NCBI GenBank assembly: GCA_016191225.1
Contig: JACPPC010000008.1
Coordinates: 15,037 to 79,036, forward strand
Source of the DNA: Gemmatimonadota bacterium
GTDB lineage: Bacteria > Gemmatimonadota > Gemmatimonadetes > Gemmatimonadales > Gemmatimonadaceae
Reading direction: 5' to 3'
DNA length: 64,000 bases
The position numbers and the translations under genes were made by a program. Shown piece after piece: positions 1-9,706 of this stretch (its first letter is position 1; each line of letters begins with the position of its first letter). The notes below the pieces were generated by a model. The model had not been told where the DNA came from, did not search any database, and saw only the letters and a list, made by a program, of their open reading frames with translations.

Positions 1-1442
1 AGCTCGGGCCGGAGGGCGCCGTCGGCCTCATCACGTACATGCGCACGGACAGCACGCGCGTGGCGGAGAGCGCCGCGGCGCAGGCGCGCGACTGGCTGCG
101 GGCGCGGCACGGCGAGCGCTACCTCGCGGCCGGGCCGCAGCTGTATGGCACCGGCAAGCAGCCGGGCAGGCAGGCCAACACGCAGGACGCGCACGAGGGC
201 ATCCGCCCGACGGACCCGGCGCGGCACCCGGAGCAGGTGCAGAAGTTCCTGTCGAAGGACCAGTTCCGGCTCTACCAGCTGGTCTGGCAGCGCTTCATGG
301 CGAGCCAGATGGCGCCGGCGGTGTTCGACACGACCACCCTCGACTTCGACCTGCTGCCGGGCCGTCAACTCACCCACGAGTACCTGTTCCGCTCGACGGG
401 GAGCATCGTGAAGTTCGACGGCTTCCTGGCGCTCTATCGCGAGTCGCGCGAGGAGGGCGAGGGGAAGGCGCTCGAGGACGAGCAGGCCCTCCCGGTGATC
501 GAGCCGGGGGAGAGCGTGCCGGTCACGGCGGTGACGCCAAGCCAGCACTTCACCGAACCGCCGCCGCGCTTTTCCGAGGCGTCGCTGGTGAAGGAGCTCG
601 AGCGACTCGGCATCGGGCGGCCGAGCACCTACGCGTCGATCATCTCGACCCTCGTGGACCGCCGGTACGCGATGCTCGAGCAGCGGCGCTTCTTCCCCAC
701 GCCGCAGGGCGAGTCGGTGGAGAAGGTGATGGTGAAGCAGTTCCCCCACGAGTTCGACGTGGGCTTCACCGCGCTGATGGAGGCGGAGCTCGACCAGGTC
801 GAGGAGGGGAGGCTCAAGTGGACGGACGTGCTGAAGCACTTCTGGCGCGACTTCGAGCCGCGGCTGCGGGACGTGAACGTGGGGAGCCTGATCCGGGAGG
901 CGCACGACATCTCCCGCTTCGACACGGAGCGCTGCCCGCTGGACGGCGGGAAGCTCATTCCGAAGGGTGGGTTCTTCGGGCCGTTCATCGCCTGCGAGAA
1001 CCATCCCAAGACCTGCAAGTTCACGCGGCCGCTGCGCGACAAGCCGCCGGCCGAGGTCACGCCGTACCTGTGCCACGAGTGCGGTGCCCCGATGCTCAAG
1101 CGGCACGGGCGGTCGGGGGACTTCCTGGGCTGCAGCCGCTTCCCGAAGTGTCGTGGCACCCGGTCGATGCCGACGGGCGTGATGTGCCCCAAGGACGGGG
1201 GCGAGATTGCCGAGCGGCGCAGCAAGAAGCGCGGCAAGGCCTTCTACGGGTGCTCCAACTATCCCGACTGCGACTTCGTGTGCTGGGACCGGCCGGTGCC
1301 CGAAAAGTGTCCGGAGTGCGGCTACCTCGGCGCGGAGAAGAAGCAGACCAAGGCGCGGGGAGCGTTCCGCAAGTGCCTCAAGTGTGCGAACGAGTGGGCC
1401 GTCGAGGAGCCGGCGGAGGTCCGCGAGGCCGTGGTGGCGTGA
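1..1442 (+). CDS. topA: DNA topoisomerase I, C-terminal part (5' end lies outside the window)
   Basis: The frame is open from the window edge to TGA at 1440-1442. The translation shows a type IA core motif (GIGRPSTYASIISTLVDRRY) followed by several C4 zinc-ribbon modules (CPLDGG..C, CHECGAP..C..C, CPKDGG, CPECG..CLKC). Confidence 0.9.
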   Translation, partial: LGPEGAVGLITYMRTDSTRVAESAAAQARDWLRARHGERYLAAGPQLYGTGKQPGRQANTQDAHEGIRPTDPARHPEQVQKFLSKDQFRLYQLVWQRFMASQMAPAVFDTTTLDFDLLPGRQLTHEYLFRSTGSIVKFDGFLALYRESREEGEGKALEDEQALPVIEPGESVPVTAVTPSQHFTEPPPRFSEASLVKELERLGIGRPSTYASIISTLVDRRYAMLEQRRFFPTPQGESVEKVMVKQFPHEFDVGFTALMEAELDQVEEGRLKWTDVLKHFWRDFEPRLRDVNVGSLIREAHDISRFDTERCPLDGGKLIPKGGFFGPFIACENHPKTCKFTRPLRDKPPAEVTPYLCHECGAPMLKRHGRSGDFLGCSRFPKCRGTRSMPTGVMCPKDGGEIAERRSKKRGKAFYGCSNYPDCDFVCWDRPVPEKCPECGYLGAEKKQTKARGAFRKCLKCANEWAVEEPAEVREAVVA

Positions 1443-1969
1443 TGCGGTGCGCGGCGGTCGCGGCCCGGCGCGTGGGACGGCTGGCCACGGCCGCGTGTGC
1501 GATGGTGGTCCTCGCCGGCGCGCCGGCGCGGGCGCAGAAGGGCGCCGACGCGTTGCTCGACCGGCTCGTCGGCAAGTGGCTGGTGTCGGGGACGATTCGC
1601 GGCAAGCCGACGGCGTATCGCGCCGAGGGCAAGCGGGTGCTCGGCGGCAAGTTCGTGCGCCTCACGCTCAGGGAGGCGTCGGACCCGCCCCGGTACGACG
1701 CGATCGTCATGCTGGGCCTCGAGGCGAAGACCAGTCGCTGGGTGGCGCACTGGATGGACGACTTCGGGCCGACGCCGGGGGCCACGCTGGGGTGGGGGCC
1801 GGCCGGCCCGGCGCCGCTCGTGATCCTGTTCGAGTATCCCGACGGGCCGATGCGCGACACGTTCACCTTTCCCGCCGGTGGCGGGTGGACGCTGCTCGTG
1901 GAGCAGCGCGACGCGAAGGGCGCCTGGTCGACCTTCGCGACGTACACGGCCCGCCGCAAGCCGCGCTAG
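1442..1969 (+). CDS. secreted hypothetical protein (tentatively DUF1579-like)
   Basis: ATG at 1442 overlaps the topA stop (ATGA). There is an N-terminal signal-like segment (..AACAMVVLAGAPARAQK) and strong GC3 bias. The family call is from remembered motif pattern only. Confidence 0.6.
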   Translation: MRCAAVAARRVGRLATAACAMVVLAGAPARAQKGADALLDRLVGKWLVSGTIRGKPTAYRAEGKRVLGGKFVRLTLREASDPPRYDAIVMLGLEAKTSRWVAHWMDDFGPTPGATLGWGPAGPAPLVILFEYPDGPMRDTFTFPAGGGWTLLVEQRDAKGAWSTFATYTARRKPR

Positions 1970-2006
1970 CGGTGCGGCCTGCCACGCGGCGGCCGATGCG
2001 GGCCGC

Positions 2007-3368
2007 ATGACGGAGCCGCTGCACGTCGTCGGCGGCGGGCTGGCCGGGAGCGAGGCCGCCTGGCAGCTGGCCGGGCGCGGCCACCGGGTGGTGCTGCACG
2101 AGATGCGCCCGGCCCGGCAGACCCCCGCGCACCAGACCGGCGGGCTCGCCGAGCTCGTCTGCTCGAACACGTTCAAGAGCACCGAGGTCACGAATGCGCA
2201 CGGGCTGCTGAAGGCCGAGATGCGCGCGCTTGGCTCGCTGGTGCTCTCGTGCGCCGACGAAGCGCGCGTGCCCGGTGGCAGCGCGCTGGCGGTGGACCGC
2301 GATGTGTTCAGCGCGGCGGTGACGGCGCGGGTGACGGGGCACCCCAACATCACCGTCGCGCGTGACGAGGTCACCGTGCTGCCGCCCGCCGGCGTGATCG
2401 CCTCGGGCCCGCTCACGAGCGACGCCCTCGCCGCGGCGATCACGGCGCGGCTCGGCGTGGCGGCGATGGCATTCTACGACGCGATCGCGCCGATCGTGAG
2501 CCGCGACACCCTCGACGACGCGATCGTCTTCCGGGCGTCGCGGTGGGACAAGGAGACGATGGAGGGGGCGGGCGCCGAGGGGGCCTACCTCAACTGCCCG
2601 TTCAGCCGGGACGAGTACGACGCGTTCATCGCCGCGCTCGTGGCGGCCGACCAGTACGAGGGCAAGCCGTTCGACCCCGTGCCGTACTTCGAGGGATGCA
2701 TGCCGATCGAGGAAATGGCGCGGCGGGGCGCCGAGACGCTGCGGTTCGGTCCGATGAAGCCGGTGGGGCTCACCGACCCGCGCACCGGGCGGCGGCCGTG
2801 GGCGGTGGCCCAGTTGCGCATGGAGGACCAGGGGGGGCGCATGTGGAACCTGGTCGGCTTCCAGACGCGGATGCGGATCGCCGACCAGCAGCGCGTGCTG
2901 CGGCTGGTTCCCGGGCTCGCCGGCGCGGAATTCCTGCGCTACGGGTCGATTCACCGCAACGCGTACCTGAACGCGCCGCTGGCACTGAGCCCGCACCTGT
3001 CGGCGCGCGACGAGCCGCAGCTGCTGTTCGCCGGGCAGCTGACGGGGGTCGAGGGGTACACCGAGAGCTCGGCGACGGGGCTGCTGGCGGGGATCAACCT
3101 CGGCCGGCTCGCGAGCGGCGACGGGGCCGTGGTGCCGCCCCCGACCACGATGCTCGGCGCGCTCTACCGGTACCTGCGCGAGGCGGACCCTCGGCACTTC
3201 CAGCCGATGAACGCGAACTTCGGGCTGCTCGAGGAGCTGGCCAGCCCGCCGCGCGACAAGGCGGTGAAGCGCGAGCGGTACGCCGAGCGTGCGCTGGCCG
3301 ACCTGGCGCACTGGTGCGACGCGCATGCCGTGCTCGCCGAGCGGGCGATTGTCCCGGTGGTGGCGTGA
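2007..3368 (+). CDS. trmFO: methylenetetrahydrofolate--tRNA-(uracil-5-)-methyltransferase TrmFO
   Basis: ATG at 2007. N-terminal FAD fold VVGGGLAGSEAAWQLA. The length and full-length pattern are typical of TrmFO/Gid, and it sits in topA-trmFO-xerC synteny. Confidence 0.9.
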   Translation: MTEPLHVVGGGLAGSEAAWQLAGRGHRVVLHEMRPARQTPAHQTGGLAELVCSNTFKSTEVTNAHGLLKAEMRALGSLVLSCADEARVPGGSALAVDRDVFSAAVTARVTGHPNITVARDEVTVLPPAGVIASGPLTSDALAAAITARLGVAAMAFYDAIAPIVSRDTLDDAIVFRASRWDKETMEGAGAEGAYLNCPFSRDEYDAFIAALVAADQYEGKPFDPVPYFEGCMPIEEMARRGAETLRFGPMKPVGLTDPRTGRRPWAVAQLRMEDQGGRMWNLVGFQTRMRIADQQRVLRLVPGLAGAEFLRYGSIHRNAYLNAPLALSPHLSARDEPQLLFAGQLTGVEGYTESSATGLLAGINLGRLASGDGAVVPPPTTMLGALYRYLREADPRHFQPMNANFGLLEELASPPRDKAVKRERYAERALADLAHWCDAHAVLAERAIVPVVA

Positions 3369-3396
3369 CGCGGCGGCGGGAGGAAGGGAAGTCGAG

Positions 3397-3435
3397 GGCA
3401 GAAGCAGGTCCTTCGCTTCGCTCAGGACGACAGGA
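3397..3435. repeat. 39-nt REP-like palindromic element, inverted copy of the element at 23025..23063
   Basis: ggcagaagcaggtccttcgcttcgctcaggacgacagga matches the reverse complement of 23025..23063 at 37 of 39 positions. The core is gtcct..aggac. It lies in the trmFO-xerC spacer. Confidence 0.85.
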
Positions 3436-3451
3436 GGACCTTCCCCCCGTC

Positions 3452-4357
3452 GTGGCCGACTTCCTGGCGCACCTGGAGAAGGAGCGTGACGTGTCGCCGC
3501 ACACGCGCGTGGCGTATGCGCGCGACCTGGCCGCATTTGCCGCCTTCCTGTCGCGGGAGCGCGAGGGGGATGCGTGGGACTGGGGCACGGTGGACCGGCT
3601 CACGATGCGCGGCTTCCTGGCGCACCTGACACGCCGGGGGCTCGCCAAGCGGTCGATCGCGCGCACCCTCTCGGCGGTGCGCTCGTTCTACCGGTGGATG
3701 CACCGGAACGAGATGGTCGCCACGAACCCGGCGCGTGCCGCCGGGTCGCCGAAGATCGAGAAGTACCTCCCCGGCTACCTCGACCGGGCGCAGGTGGAAC
3801 TGCTGTTCCAGGCGGCGGAGCTGCGGGCGCGGGACGGCTCGTTCACCGACGTGCGGACCCTCGCCATGCTGGAGCTCTTCTACTCGACGGGGATGCGGGT
3901 GAGCGAGCTGGCGGGGATCGACGTCGGCGACCTCGACCTCGTGTCGCAGCAGGTGAAGGTGCGTGGCAAGGGACGCAAGGAGCGCATCCTCCCCATCGGC
4001 GACCACGCCGTGCGCGCGCTGCGCAACTACGAGTCGCGCCGCGAGGCGCTGCGCGGGGCCGTCGGCAAGGCGGCGGGCCGCGACGCCTGGTTCCTCACGG
4101 CACGGGGCACGCGCGTGGGCGTGCGGGCGGTGCAGGGGGCGATCACGGGAATGCTCGACCTCGTGAGCGAGGATGCGGGCCTCTCGACGCACTCGCTGCG
4201 GCACACCTTCGCCACGCACCTGCTCGACGCCGGGGCCGACCTGCGCGCGGTGCAGGAGCTCCTGGGCCACGCCAGCGTGCGCACCACGCAGGTGTACACG
4301 CACACGAGCGTGGAACGGCTGAAGCAGGTGTACAGGCAGGCCCACCCAAGAGCATAG
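3452..4357 (+). CDS. xerC: tyrosine site-specific recombinase, XerC/XerD family
   Basis: GTG at 3452, 14 nt after AGGAGG (3432..3437). The N-terminus VADFLAHLEKERDVSPHTRVAYARDLAAF and the catalytic tail HSLRHTFATHLL..GHASVRTTQVYTH are present. XerC versus XerD is not resolvable; the symbol is chosen from synteny. Confidence 0.85.
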   Translation: MADFLAHLEKERDVSPHTRVAYARDLAAFAAFLSREREGDAWDWGTVDRLTMRGFLAHLTRRGLAKRSIARTLSAVRSFYRWMHRNEMVATNPARAAGSPKIEKYLPGYLDRAQVELLFQAAELRARDGSFTDVRTLAMLELFYSTGMRVSELAGIDVGDLDLVSQQVKVRGKGRKERILPIGDHAVRALRNYESRREALRGAVGKAAGRDAWFLTARGTRVGVRAVQGAITGMLDLVSEDAGLSTHSLRHTFATHLLDAGADLRAVQELLGHASVRTTQVYTHTSVERLKQVYRQAHPRA

Positions 4358-4484
4358 CTCGTTCCTGAACAACGGTTCATGGAGTAGCTCCGAACCCGGT
4401 CACGGGCGACGATTGCGCCGCGCGGGCGGGCGAGGCATCGTCTCCGGCGGGCCGCGATCGCACGGTGCAACCGGAGGGCGGCGC

Positions 4485-5009
4485 ATGAAGTGGGTCAGGA
4501 TCGTCATTGGCGCGATCGTCGCCGTGGTGGCCGTGGTGTGGATTGCCGGCCTCTTCCTGCCACGGGCACACTCGGCGACCAGCCGGGTCACGCTCAAGGT
4601 TCCGCGCGACTCGGTGTTCGCCGTGCTGCGCGACTTCGCGTCGCTGCCGGCGTGGCACAAGGCGACGACGAGCTCCACGCGCGTGGCCGGCGTCGCCGGC
4701 GAGCGCTGGCGGCAGGAGGCGGGGGGCCAGGCGATGGAGCTCGACGTGGTGGAGGCGAACGCGCCGTCGCGCATCGTGGTGAAGATCGTCGAGGATGCGA
4801 AGGCGATGTTCGGCGGCACATGGACGTACCGCCTCGACGAGGCGCCCGGGGGCGGCACCCTGGTCAGCATCACCGAGGAAGGCTGGATCGGCCCGCCCCC
4901 CTTCCGGGTCGTCATGGCGATGATGGGGGCGAACCGCACCATGGACGACGTCCTGGTGTCGCTGGGCGCGCGGTTCGGCGAGGCGGTCACCCCCGGGGAC
5001 GCGCGCTGA
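4485..5009 (+). CDS. SRPBCC (polyketide cyclase/dehydrase-like) family protein with N-terminal membrane helix
   Basis: ATG at 4485 is preceded by GGAGGG. The TM segment IVIGAIVAVVAVVWIAGLFL is followed by a START/Bet v1-like pattern (RDSVFAVLRDFASLPAWH..). Confidence 0.7.
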   Translation: MKWVRIVIGAIVAVVAVVWIAGLFLPRAHSATSRVTLKVPRDSVFAVLRDFASLPAWHKATTSSTRVAGVAGERWRQEAGGQAMELDVVEANAPSRIVVKIVEDAKAMFGGTWTYRLDEAPGGGTLVSITEEGWIGPPPFRVVMAMMGANRTMDDVLVSLGARFGEAVTPGDAR

Positions 5010-5013
5010 CCCG

Positions 5014-5475
5014 ATGCGGCGCGTGACTTCGCGCCCCCGGCTGCGGTGCGCCGCACCGCTGGCGGCAGCCTGGCCGGTCGCCGCCGGGGCGCAGTCGACC
5101 GCCGACTCGGCGGCGGTGATCTCCGCGGTGCAGCGCATCTTCGCCCCGCGCGAGCCGGGAACGCCCTCGGTTTTCAGCGACTCGGCGCCTTTCCTGCGTC
5201 CCGACGACCAGCGTACCGACGGATCGGGCGTGGTGCGCAGCCGACGCAACGGCTGGTGGAGGACTTCGCTGCCGGCGTGAACGCGGACGTTCGCGAGCTC
5301 AAGTGCGCGGCCGCGCGGGCGGCCGTGCGGCGCATCCACGCGGGGAGCTTCGTGTCACCGAGCGGGACCGTGGCCCCCACGATCCGCGACCGGTTCGTGG
5401 CGAATGCGGAGCGCGAGCGTGACGGCAAGTGGCGGCTGGTGCGACTGTACGGGATCGCGCCACCGAATCCGGCCA
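5014..5475 (+). pseudogene. possible frameshifted SnoaL/DUF4440-like secreted protein
   Basis: The frame starting at 5014 has a signal peptide plus DSAAVISAVQRIF and stops at 5280. The next frame continues with QRLVEDFAAGVNADVRELK...ERDGKWRLVRLYGI, a typical DUF4440 C-terminus. That frame has no stop before it runs into the convergent hydrolase gene. Confidence 0.3.
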
Positions 5476-5623
5476 CTCCCCGCCGCGCCGAGGGGGTGCC
5501 GCCGTTCGTGCGCAGGGCGCCGTGCCGGATGAGCGGCCTCGCACTCGACGAGCGACCGGTGGTGCGCGTTCCGGCGGCGGCGCGGCCCGCCTGGGCGGCG
5601 CCGTGCCCGGCCGAGGGCCCTGC

Positions 5624-6469
5624 TCAGTGTGCGGCGAGGAAGGCGAGGGCCTCGCCGCGGCAGGAATCGGGCGCGTCGAGCCAGACGTCGTGGGTGGCGC
5701 CCTCCATCACGACCCGCCGCGCTCCCGGCAGGACGCGGGCGAGCTCCTCGTCCACGATCCGGTGCCCCGGGGTGGTCGCGCTACCACTGAGGAGCAGCGC
5801 GGGAACGCGCAGGGCGCGCACGGCCTCCCGCGGCAACTCGGTGAAGCTGTCGCTCGAGGTCGTCTGGGCCTCCCAGTCGCGCGCGCCCTCGAGCACGCGC
5901 CGTCGCCGGCCCTCCGTGAACCGGGCGAATGCGCCGGCGCCGAGAAAGCCGTCGGTGAGCAGCTCCATGGCCCGCACGGGGTCGCCGGCGCGAAAGGCGA
6001 CCGCCGCGGGGAAGAACGCACGCTCGTGGAGCGCCTGCAGCGCCTCCGGGCCGCCGGGCAGGTCGCTCGCCCAGCGCATGATCGGGGGCTCGGCCAGCAC
6101 GAGCGAGCGCACGAGGGCGGGACGCCGCGTGGCGAGCACCACGGCCGCGAAGCCGCCGATCGACGCGCCGACGAAGTGGGCCCGCGAGATGCCGAGCGCG
6201 TCGCAGAGGGCGGCGAGGTCGAGGGCGTCGGTGTTCGCCGAGTAGTCGCCGACGATCGGCGCGTTGCGGTTCGGCCAGGCGTAGCGCCGGCTGAAGGCGA
6301 CCACGCGATAGCGTGCGGCGAAGGCCTGCGCCTGGTTGCGCCAGTAGCGGTAGTCGCGGCCGCCGCCGTGCACGAGGACCACCGGGTCGCCGGCGCCGAG
6401 TTCGACGCCGTGCAGGGTGACGCCGGTGGGGAGCGCGATCGCGCGCACCGGCACGCCGTCGAGGCTCAC
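5624..6469 (-). CDS. alpha/beta-fold hydrolase
   Basis: GTG at 6469 overlaps the RidA stop (GTGA). HGGG oxyanion region, nucleophile elbow GASIGG and a C-terminal His (ATHDVWLD) are present. Confidence 0.85.
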   Translation of the reverse strand: MSLDGVPVRAIALPTGVTLHGVELGAGDPVVLVHGGGRDYRYWRNQAQAFAARYRVVAFSRRYAWPNRNAPIVGDYSANTDALDLAALCDALGISRAHFVGASIGGFAAVVLATRRPALVRSLVLAEPPIMRWASDLPGGPEALQALHERAFFPAAVAFRAGDPVRAMELLTDGFLGAGAFARFTEGRRRRVLEGARDWEAQTTSSDSFTELPREAVRALRVPALLLSGSATTPGHRIVDEELARVLPGARRVVMEGATHDVWLDAPDSCRGEALAFLAAH

Positions 6470-6879
6470 TCCGGGACGACCGCCGTGCCCTCGATCTCGA
6501 CCCTGGCGCGCGGGTCGAGCAGCGCGCTCACCACCACCACGGCCATGGCCGGATAGTGCGGGCCGATCGCGGCCCGATAGGCGGCGCCGAGGGCGGCGCC
6601 CGCGTCGAGGTACTCGGCGCGCGAGGTGATGTACCAGGTGAGCCGCACGAGGTGCTCGGGCCCGCCGCCGGCGGCCCGCACCACCGCCATCAGGTTGGCA
6701 AGCGCCTGCGCCGCCTGCGCCGTGAAGTCGTCGGTCTCGATCGTCGCCGTGGCGGGATTCCATCCGATCTGTCCCGCGGTGACCACCACCCGGCCGCGCG
6801 CCGACATGCCGTGCGCGTAGCCGGCGCCGCGGCGCCAGCCCTCGGGAAGGACCGGACGCGGCAGGCCGCTGCTGGTCAT
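6466..6879 (-). CDS. RidA/YjgF family reactive-intermediate deaminase-like protein
   Basis: ATG at 6879 overlaps the ligase stop (ATGA). 137 aa. VVVTAGQIGW..., ...VRLTWYIT..., ...VEIEGTAV are typical YjgF motifs. Confidence 0.85.
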   Translation of the reverse strand: MTSSGLPRPVLPEGWRRGAGYAHGMSARGRVVVTAGQIGWNPATATIETDDFTAQAAQALANLMAVVRAAGGGPEHLVRLTWYITSRAEYLDAGAALGAAYRAAIGPHYPAMAVVVVSALLDPRARVEIEGTAVVPE

Positions 6880-8516
6880 GCGCGGTGCTCCTCGCGCAGC
6901 CGGAAGCGTTGCAGCTTGCCGGTGGCGGTGCGGGGAAGGGCGTCGACGAAAGTGACGCGACGGGGATACTTGTACGGGGCGATCTCGCGCTTCACGAACG
7001 CCTGCAGGTCCCGGGCGAGGGCGTCGGAGCGTGCCGACGCGTCTCGCAGCACCACGAACGCCGACACGATCTGCCCGCGCTCCTCGTCGGGGAGGCCGAC
7101 CACGGCGCATTCCTGCACCGCCGGATGGAGGAGGAGCGCCCCCTCCACCTCGGGGCCGGAGATATTGTACCCGGAGGAGATGATCATGTCGTCGGTGCGG
7201 GCCTGGTACCAGAAGTGGCCGTCGGCGTCGCAGAGGTACGAGTCGCCGGTGAGGTTCCACCCGTCGCGCACGTAGGCGCGCTGGCGCTCGAGGTTGTGCA
7301 GGTAGCGGCAACCGGTGGGCCCCCGCACCGCGAGGCGACCCACGGTGCCGGGCGGCACGGGCTTGCCGTCGGCGTCGACCACCCGCGCCTCGTAGCCGGG
7401 GACCACGCGGCCGGTGCTGCCGGGGCGAATGTCGTCGCCGGCGGCGCTGATGAAGATGTGCAGCATCTCGGTGGCGCCAATGCCGTCGATGATCCGGATA
7501 CCGGTCGCGGCGAGCCAGGCGTCGAAGGTGGCTCGGGGGAGCGCCTCCCCCGCCGAGACGCAGTGGCGCAGGCTGGAGAGGTCGCGGCCGGCGAGCTGCG
7601 CGCACATGGCGCGGTAGGCTGTCGGCGCCGTGAACACGGTCGTCGCCCGGAAGTTCACGATCCCGTCGAGCAGCTGCGGGGGCGAGGCCTGCTCGAGGAG
7701 CGCCGCCGAGGCGCCCACGCGCATGGGGAAGAGCACGAGCCCGCCGAGCCCGAAGGTGAAGGCGAACGGGGGCGAGCCGCAGAAGACGTCGTCGGCGCCG
7801 GGTTTGAGCACGTACCGCGGGAAGCAGTCGGTGATCGCCATGACGTCGCGGTGGGCGTGCATGGTGCCCTTCCCCTCGCCGGTAGTGCCCGAGGTGAAGG
7901 CGATGAGGGCGATGTCCTCCGCCGACGTGTCGCAGTTGGCGAACGTCGGCGGCTGGTGCACCATCATCAGCTCGAGCGAGTGCGGCACGTCGGCGCCGAA
8001 CTCCACCACGCGCGACCTTGCCCGGGGGGCCCCGTTGGCATGCGTCGCCATCGCCTGCCGGCACTCGGCCGCGATGCGGTGGTCGGTGAAGGCGATCGAG
8101 ACCTCGGCCTTGTCGGCGATCGCCTCGAGCTCGCGGGTGCGCAGCATGGGCATGGTGCAGACCACCACGCCGCCGGCCTTCACGATCCCGAACCAGCAGG
8201 CGGCCATCATCGGGTTGTTGAAGCCGCGCAGCAGGACGCGGTTCCCTGGCACGAGGCCGATGCTATGCACAAGCACGTTGGCGATCCGGTTGGCGCGCAC
8301 CAGGAGGTCGTGGTACGTCCAGTGGCCGCCCGGGAAGTGGAAGACGGGCCGGTCGCCATGGCCGGCGGCCACGGCCGCGTCGAGCAGCTCGGCGGCGCAG
8401 TTGAGCCGCGCCGGGTAGGCGAGCTCGGGAACGCGGTCGAAGCGGCGCTCGGGCCAGAGGTCGGCCGGGGGGAGGTTCTCGAGGCAGAAGGTGTCGACGT
8501 GGGCCGAGTGGGCCAT
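6876..8516 (-). CDS. aryl-CoA ligase (2-aminobenzoate/benzoate-CoA ligase family, AMP-forming)
   Basis: The N-terminus MAHSAHVDTFCLENLPP is typical of 2-aminobenzoate-CoA ligases, and the AMP-binding motif TSGTTGEGKGTMH is present. An alternative GTG at 8531 would give a GTGA overlap with the upstream stop. Confidence 0.85.
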   Translation of the reverse strand: MAHSAHVDTFCLENLPPADLWPERRFDRVPELAYPARLNCAAELLDAAVAAGHGDRPVFHFPGGHWTYHDLLVRANRIANVLVHSIGLVPGNRVLLRGFNNPMMAACWFGIVKAGGVVVCTMPMLRTRELEAIADKAEVSIAFTDHRIAAECRQAMATHANGAPRARSRVVEFGADVPHSLELMMVHQPPTFANCDTSAEDIALIAFTSGTTGEGKGTMHAHRDVMAITDCFPRYVLKPGADDVFCGSPPFAFTFGLGGLVLFPMRVGASAALLEQASPPQLLDGIVNFRATTVFTAPTAYRAMCAQLAGRDLSSLRHCVSAGEALPRATFDAWLAATGIRIIDGIGATEMLHIFISAAGDDIRPGSTGRVVPGYEARVVDADGKPVPPGTVGRLAVRGPTGCRYLHNLERQRAYVRDGWNLTGDSYLCDADGHFWYQARTDDMIISSGYNISGPEVEGALLLHPAVQECAVVGLPDEERGQIVSAFVVLRDASARSDALARDLQAFVKREIAPYKYPRRVTFVDALPRTATGKLQRFRLREEHRA

Positions 8517-8527
8517 GGCCGCGTGCT

Positions 8528-9706
8528 TCACGCGCGCTCCTCCCCGCCCAGGAGCGTGCCGGCGATCACGAGCTGCTGGATTTCGCTCGTGCCCTCGTAG
8601 ATGCGGAGGGCGCGCACCTCGCGGTAGAGCCGTTCCACCGTGGCGCCGGCGACGACCCCCCGGGCGCCGAGGAGCTGGATCGCGTCGTCGATCACGCGCT
8701 GCGCCGACTCGGTGGCGTAGAGCTTGGCCATCGCCGCCTCGCGGGTGATCCGCTCGGCGCCGGAGTCGCGCGTCCAGGCGGCGCGGTAGACGAGCAGGGC
8801 CGCGGCGTCGACCTGCAGCGCCATGCCGGCGAGCCGCGCCTGCGTGAGCTGGTGCTCCGACAGCGCCTTGCCGAAGGCGCGGCGCGACTGCGAGAAGGCG
8901 AGGGCCTCGGCGAGGGCACGTCGCGCCATGCCGAGGGCCGCCGCGCCGACGGTCGACCGGAAGACGTCGAGGGTGCCGAGGGCGACCCGCAGCCCCTTGC
9001 CCGGCTCGCCGACCACCGACGAGGGGGCGACGCGGCAGCCACGAAGCGACAGCGTGCCCAGCGGGTGTGGTGCGCTCACCGCGACGCGGGCGGTGACGGA
9101 GCACCCGGGGGCGTCGGCATCGACGACGAAGGCGGTCACGGCACGCTCGCCGAGCTCGGGCGTGCGGGCGAAGACCGCGTAGTGATGCGCGATCCCGGCA
9201 TTCGAGATCCAGGTCTTCTCGCCGTCGATTACCCAGCCGTCGCCGTCGCGGCGCGCGGTGGTGCGCATGGCGTTCACGTCGGAGCCCGCGTCGGCCTCGG
9301 AGAGGGCGAAGGCGGCGATGTGCGTGCCGGCGGCGATGGCGGGGAGGTAGTGCCGCTTGAGGGCGTCGGAGCCGAAAAGCGAGACCGGGCCGACGCCCAG
9401 CCCTTGCATGGCGAAGGCGAAGTCGGCGAGGCCACCATGCCGGGCGAGGGTCTCGCGGGCGAGGCAGAGGGTCCGCACGTCGAGCCGGTGGCGCACGCCG
9501 CCGTGCGGGGCGACGACGGCGTGGCTGAGCCATCCACCCTCGCCGAGCCGGCGCACCAGCTGGCGGCAGGTGGCGTCGGGGTCACGCTCGTCGTCGAGGG
9601 GGGCGACCTCCGCCGCGGCCCACGCCGCGAGTTCGGCGGCGAAGGCGCGGTGCTCGTCGTCGAAGAAGGGCCAGGCGAGGTGGTCGTGTCCGGCGCTGGC
9701 GCTCAC
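8528..9706 (-). CDS. acyl-CoA dehydrogenase
   Basis: GTG at 9706 overlaps the hydratase stop (GTGA). Motifs [14 protein letters not shown] and [10 protein letters not shown] are present. 392 aa. Confidence 0.9.
   Translation of the reverse strand: MSASAGHDHLAWPFFDDEHRAFAAELAAWAAAEVAPLDDERDPDATCRQLVRRLGEGGWLSHAVVAPHGGVRHRLDVRTLCLARETLARHGGLADFAFAMQGLGVGPVSLFGSDALKRHYLPAIAAGTHIAAFALSEADAGSDVNAMRTTARRDGDGWVIDGEKTWISNAGIAHHYAVFARTPELGERAVTAFVVDADAPGCSVTARVAVSAPHPLGTLSLRGCRVAPSSVVGEPGKGLRVALGTLDVFRSTVGAAALGMARRALAEALAFSQSRRAFGKALSEHQLTQARLAGMALQVDAAALLVYRAAWTRDSGAERITREAAMAKLYATESAQRVIDDAIQLLGARGVVAGATVERLYREVRALRIYEGTSEIQQLVIAGTLLGGEERA

Noticed and set aside
1863-3536. Long antisense or alternative-frame ORFs throughout the window, for example 1863..3536 -, 10561..13077 -, 10623..12926 +, 17004..18755 -, 18752..20320 -, 22875..24950 -, 33303..35279 -, 36675..37691 -, 58256..61198 +
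   Set aside because: These are typical stop-codon-poor shadow frames of a very GC-rich genome. Their translations are Arg/Pro/Gly/Ala-rich nonsense with no motifs, and each is fully overlapped by a gene with clear family signatures on the other strand or frame.
3452-4357. Tyrosine recombinase considered as a phage or ICE integrase marking a mobile element
   Set aside because: Its size, XerC/D-type N-terminus and conserved topA-trmFO-xerC-hslVU context indicate the housekeeping chromosome-dimer resolvase. No att-like repeats or phage genes are nearby.
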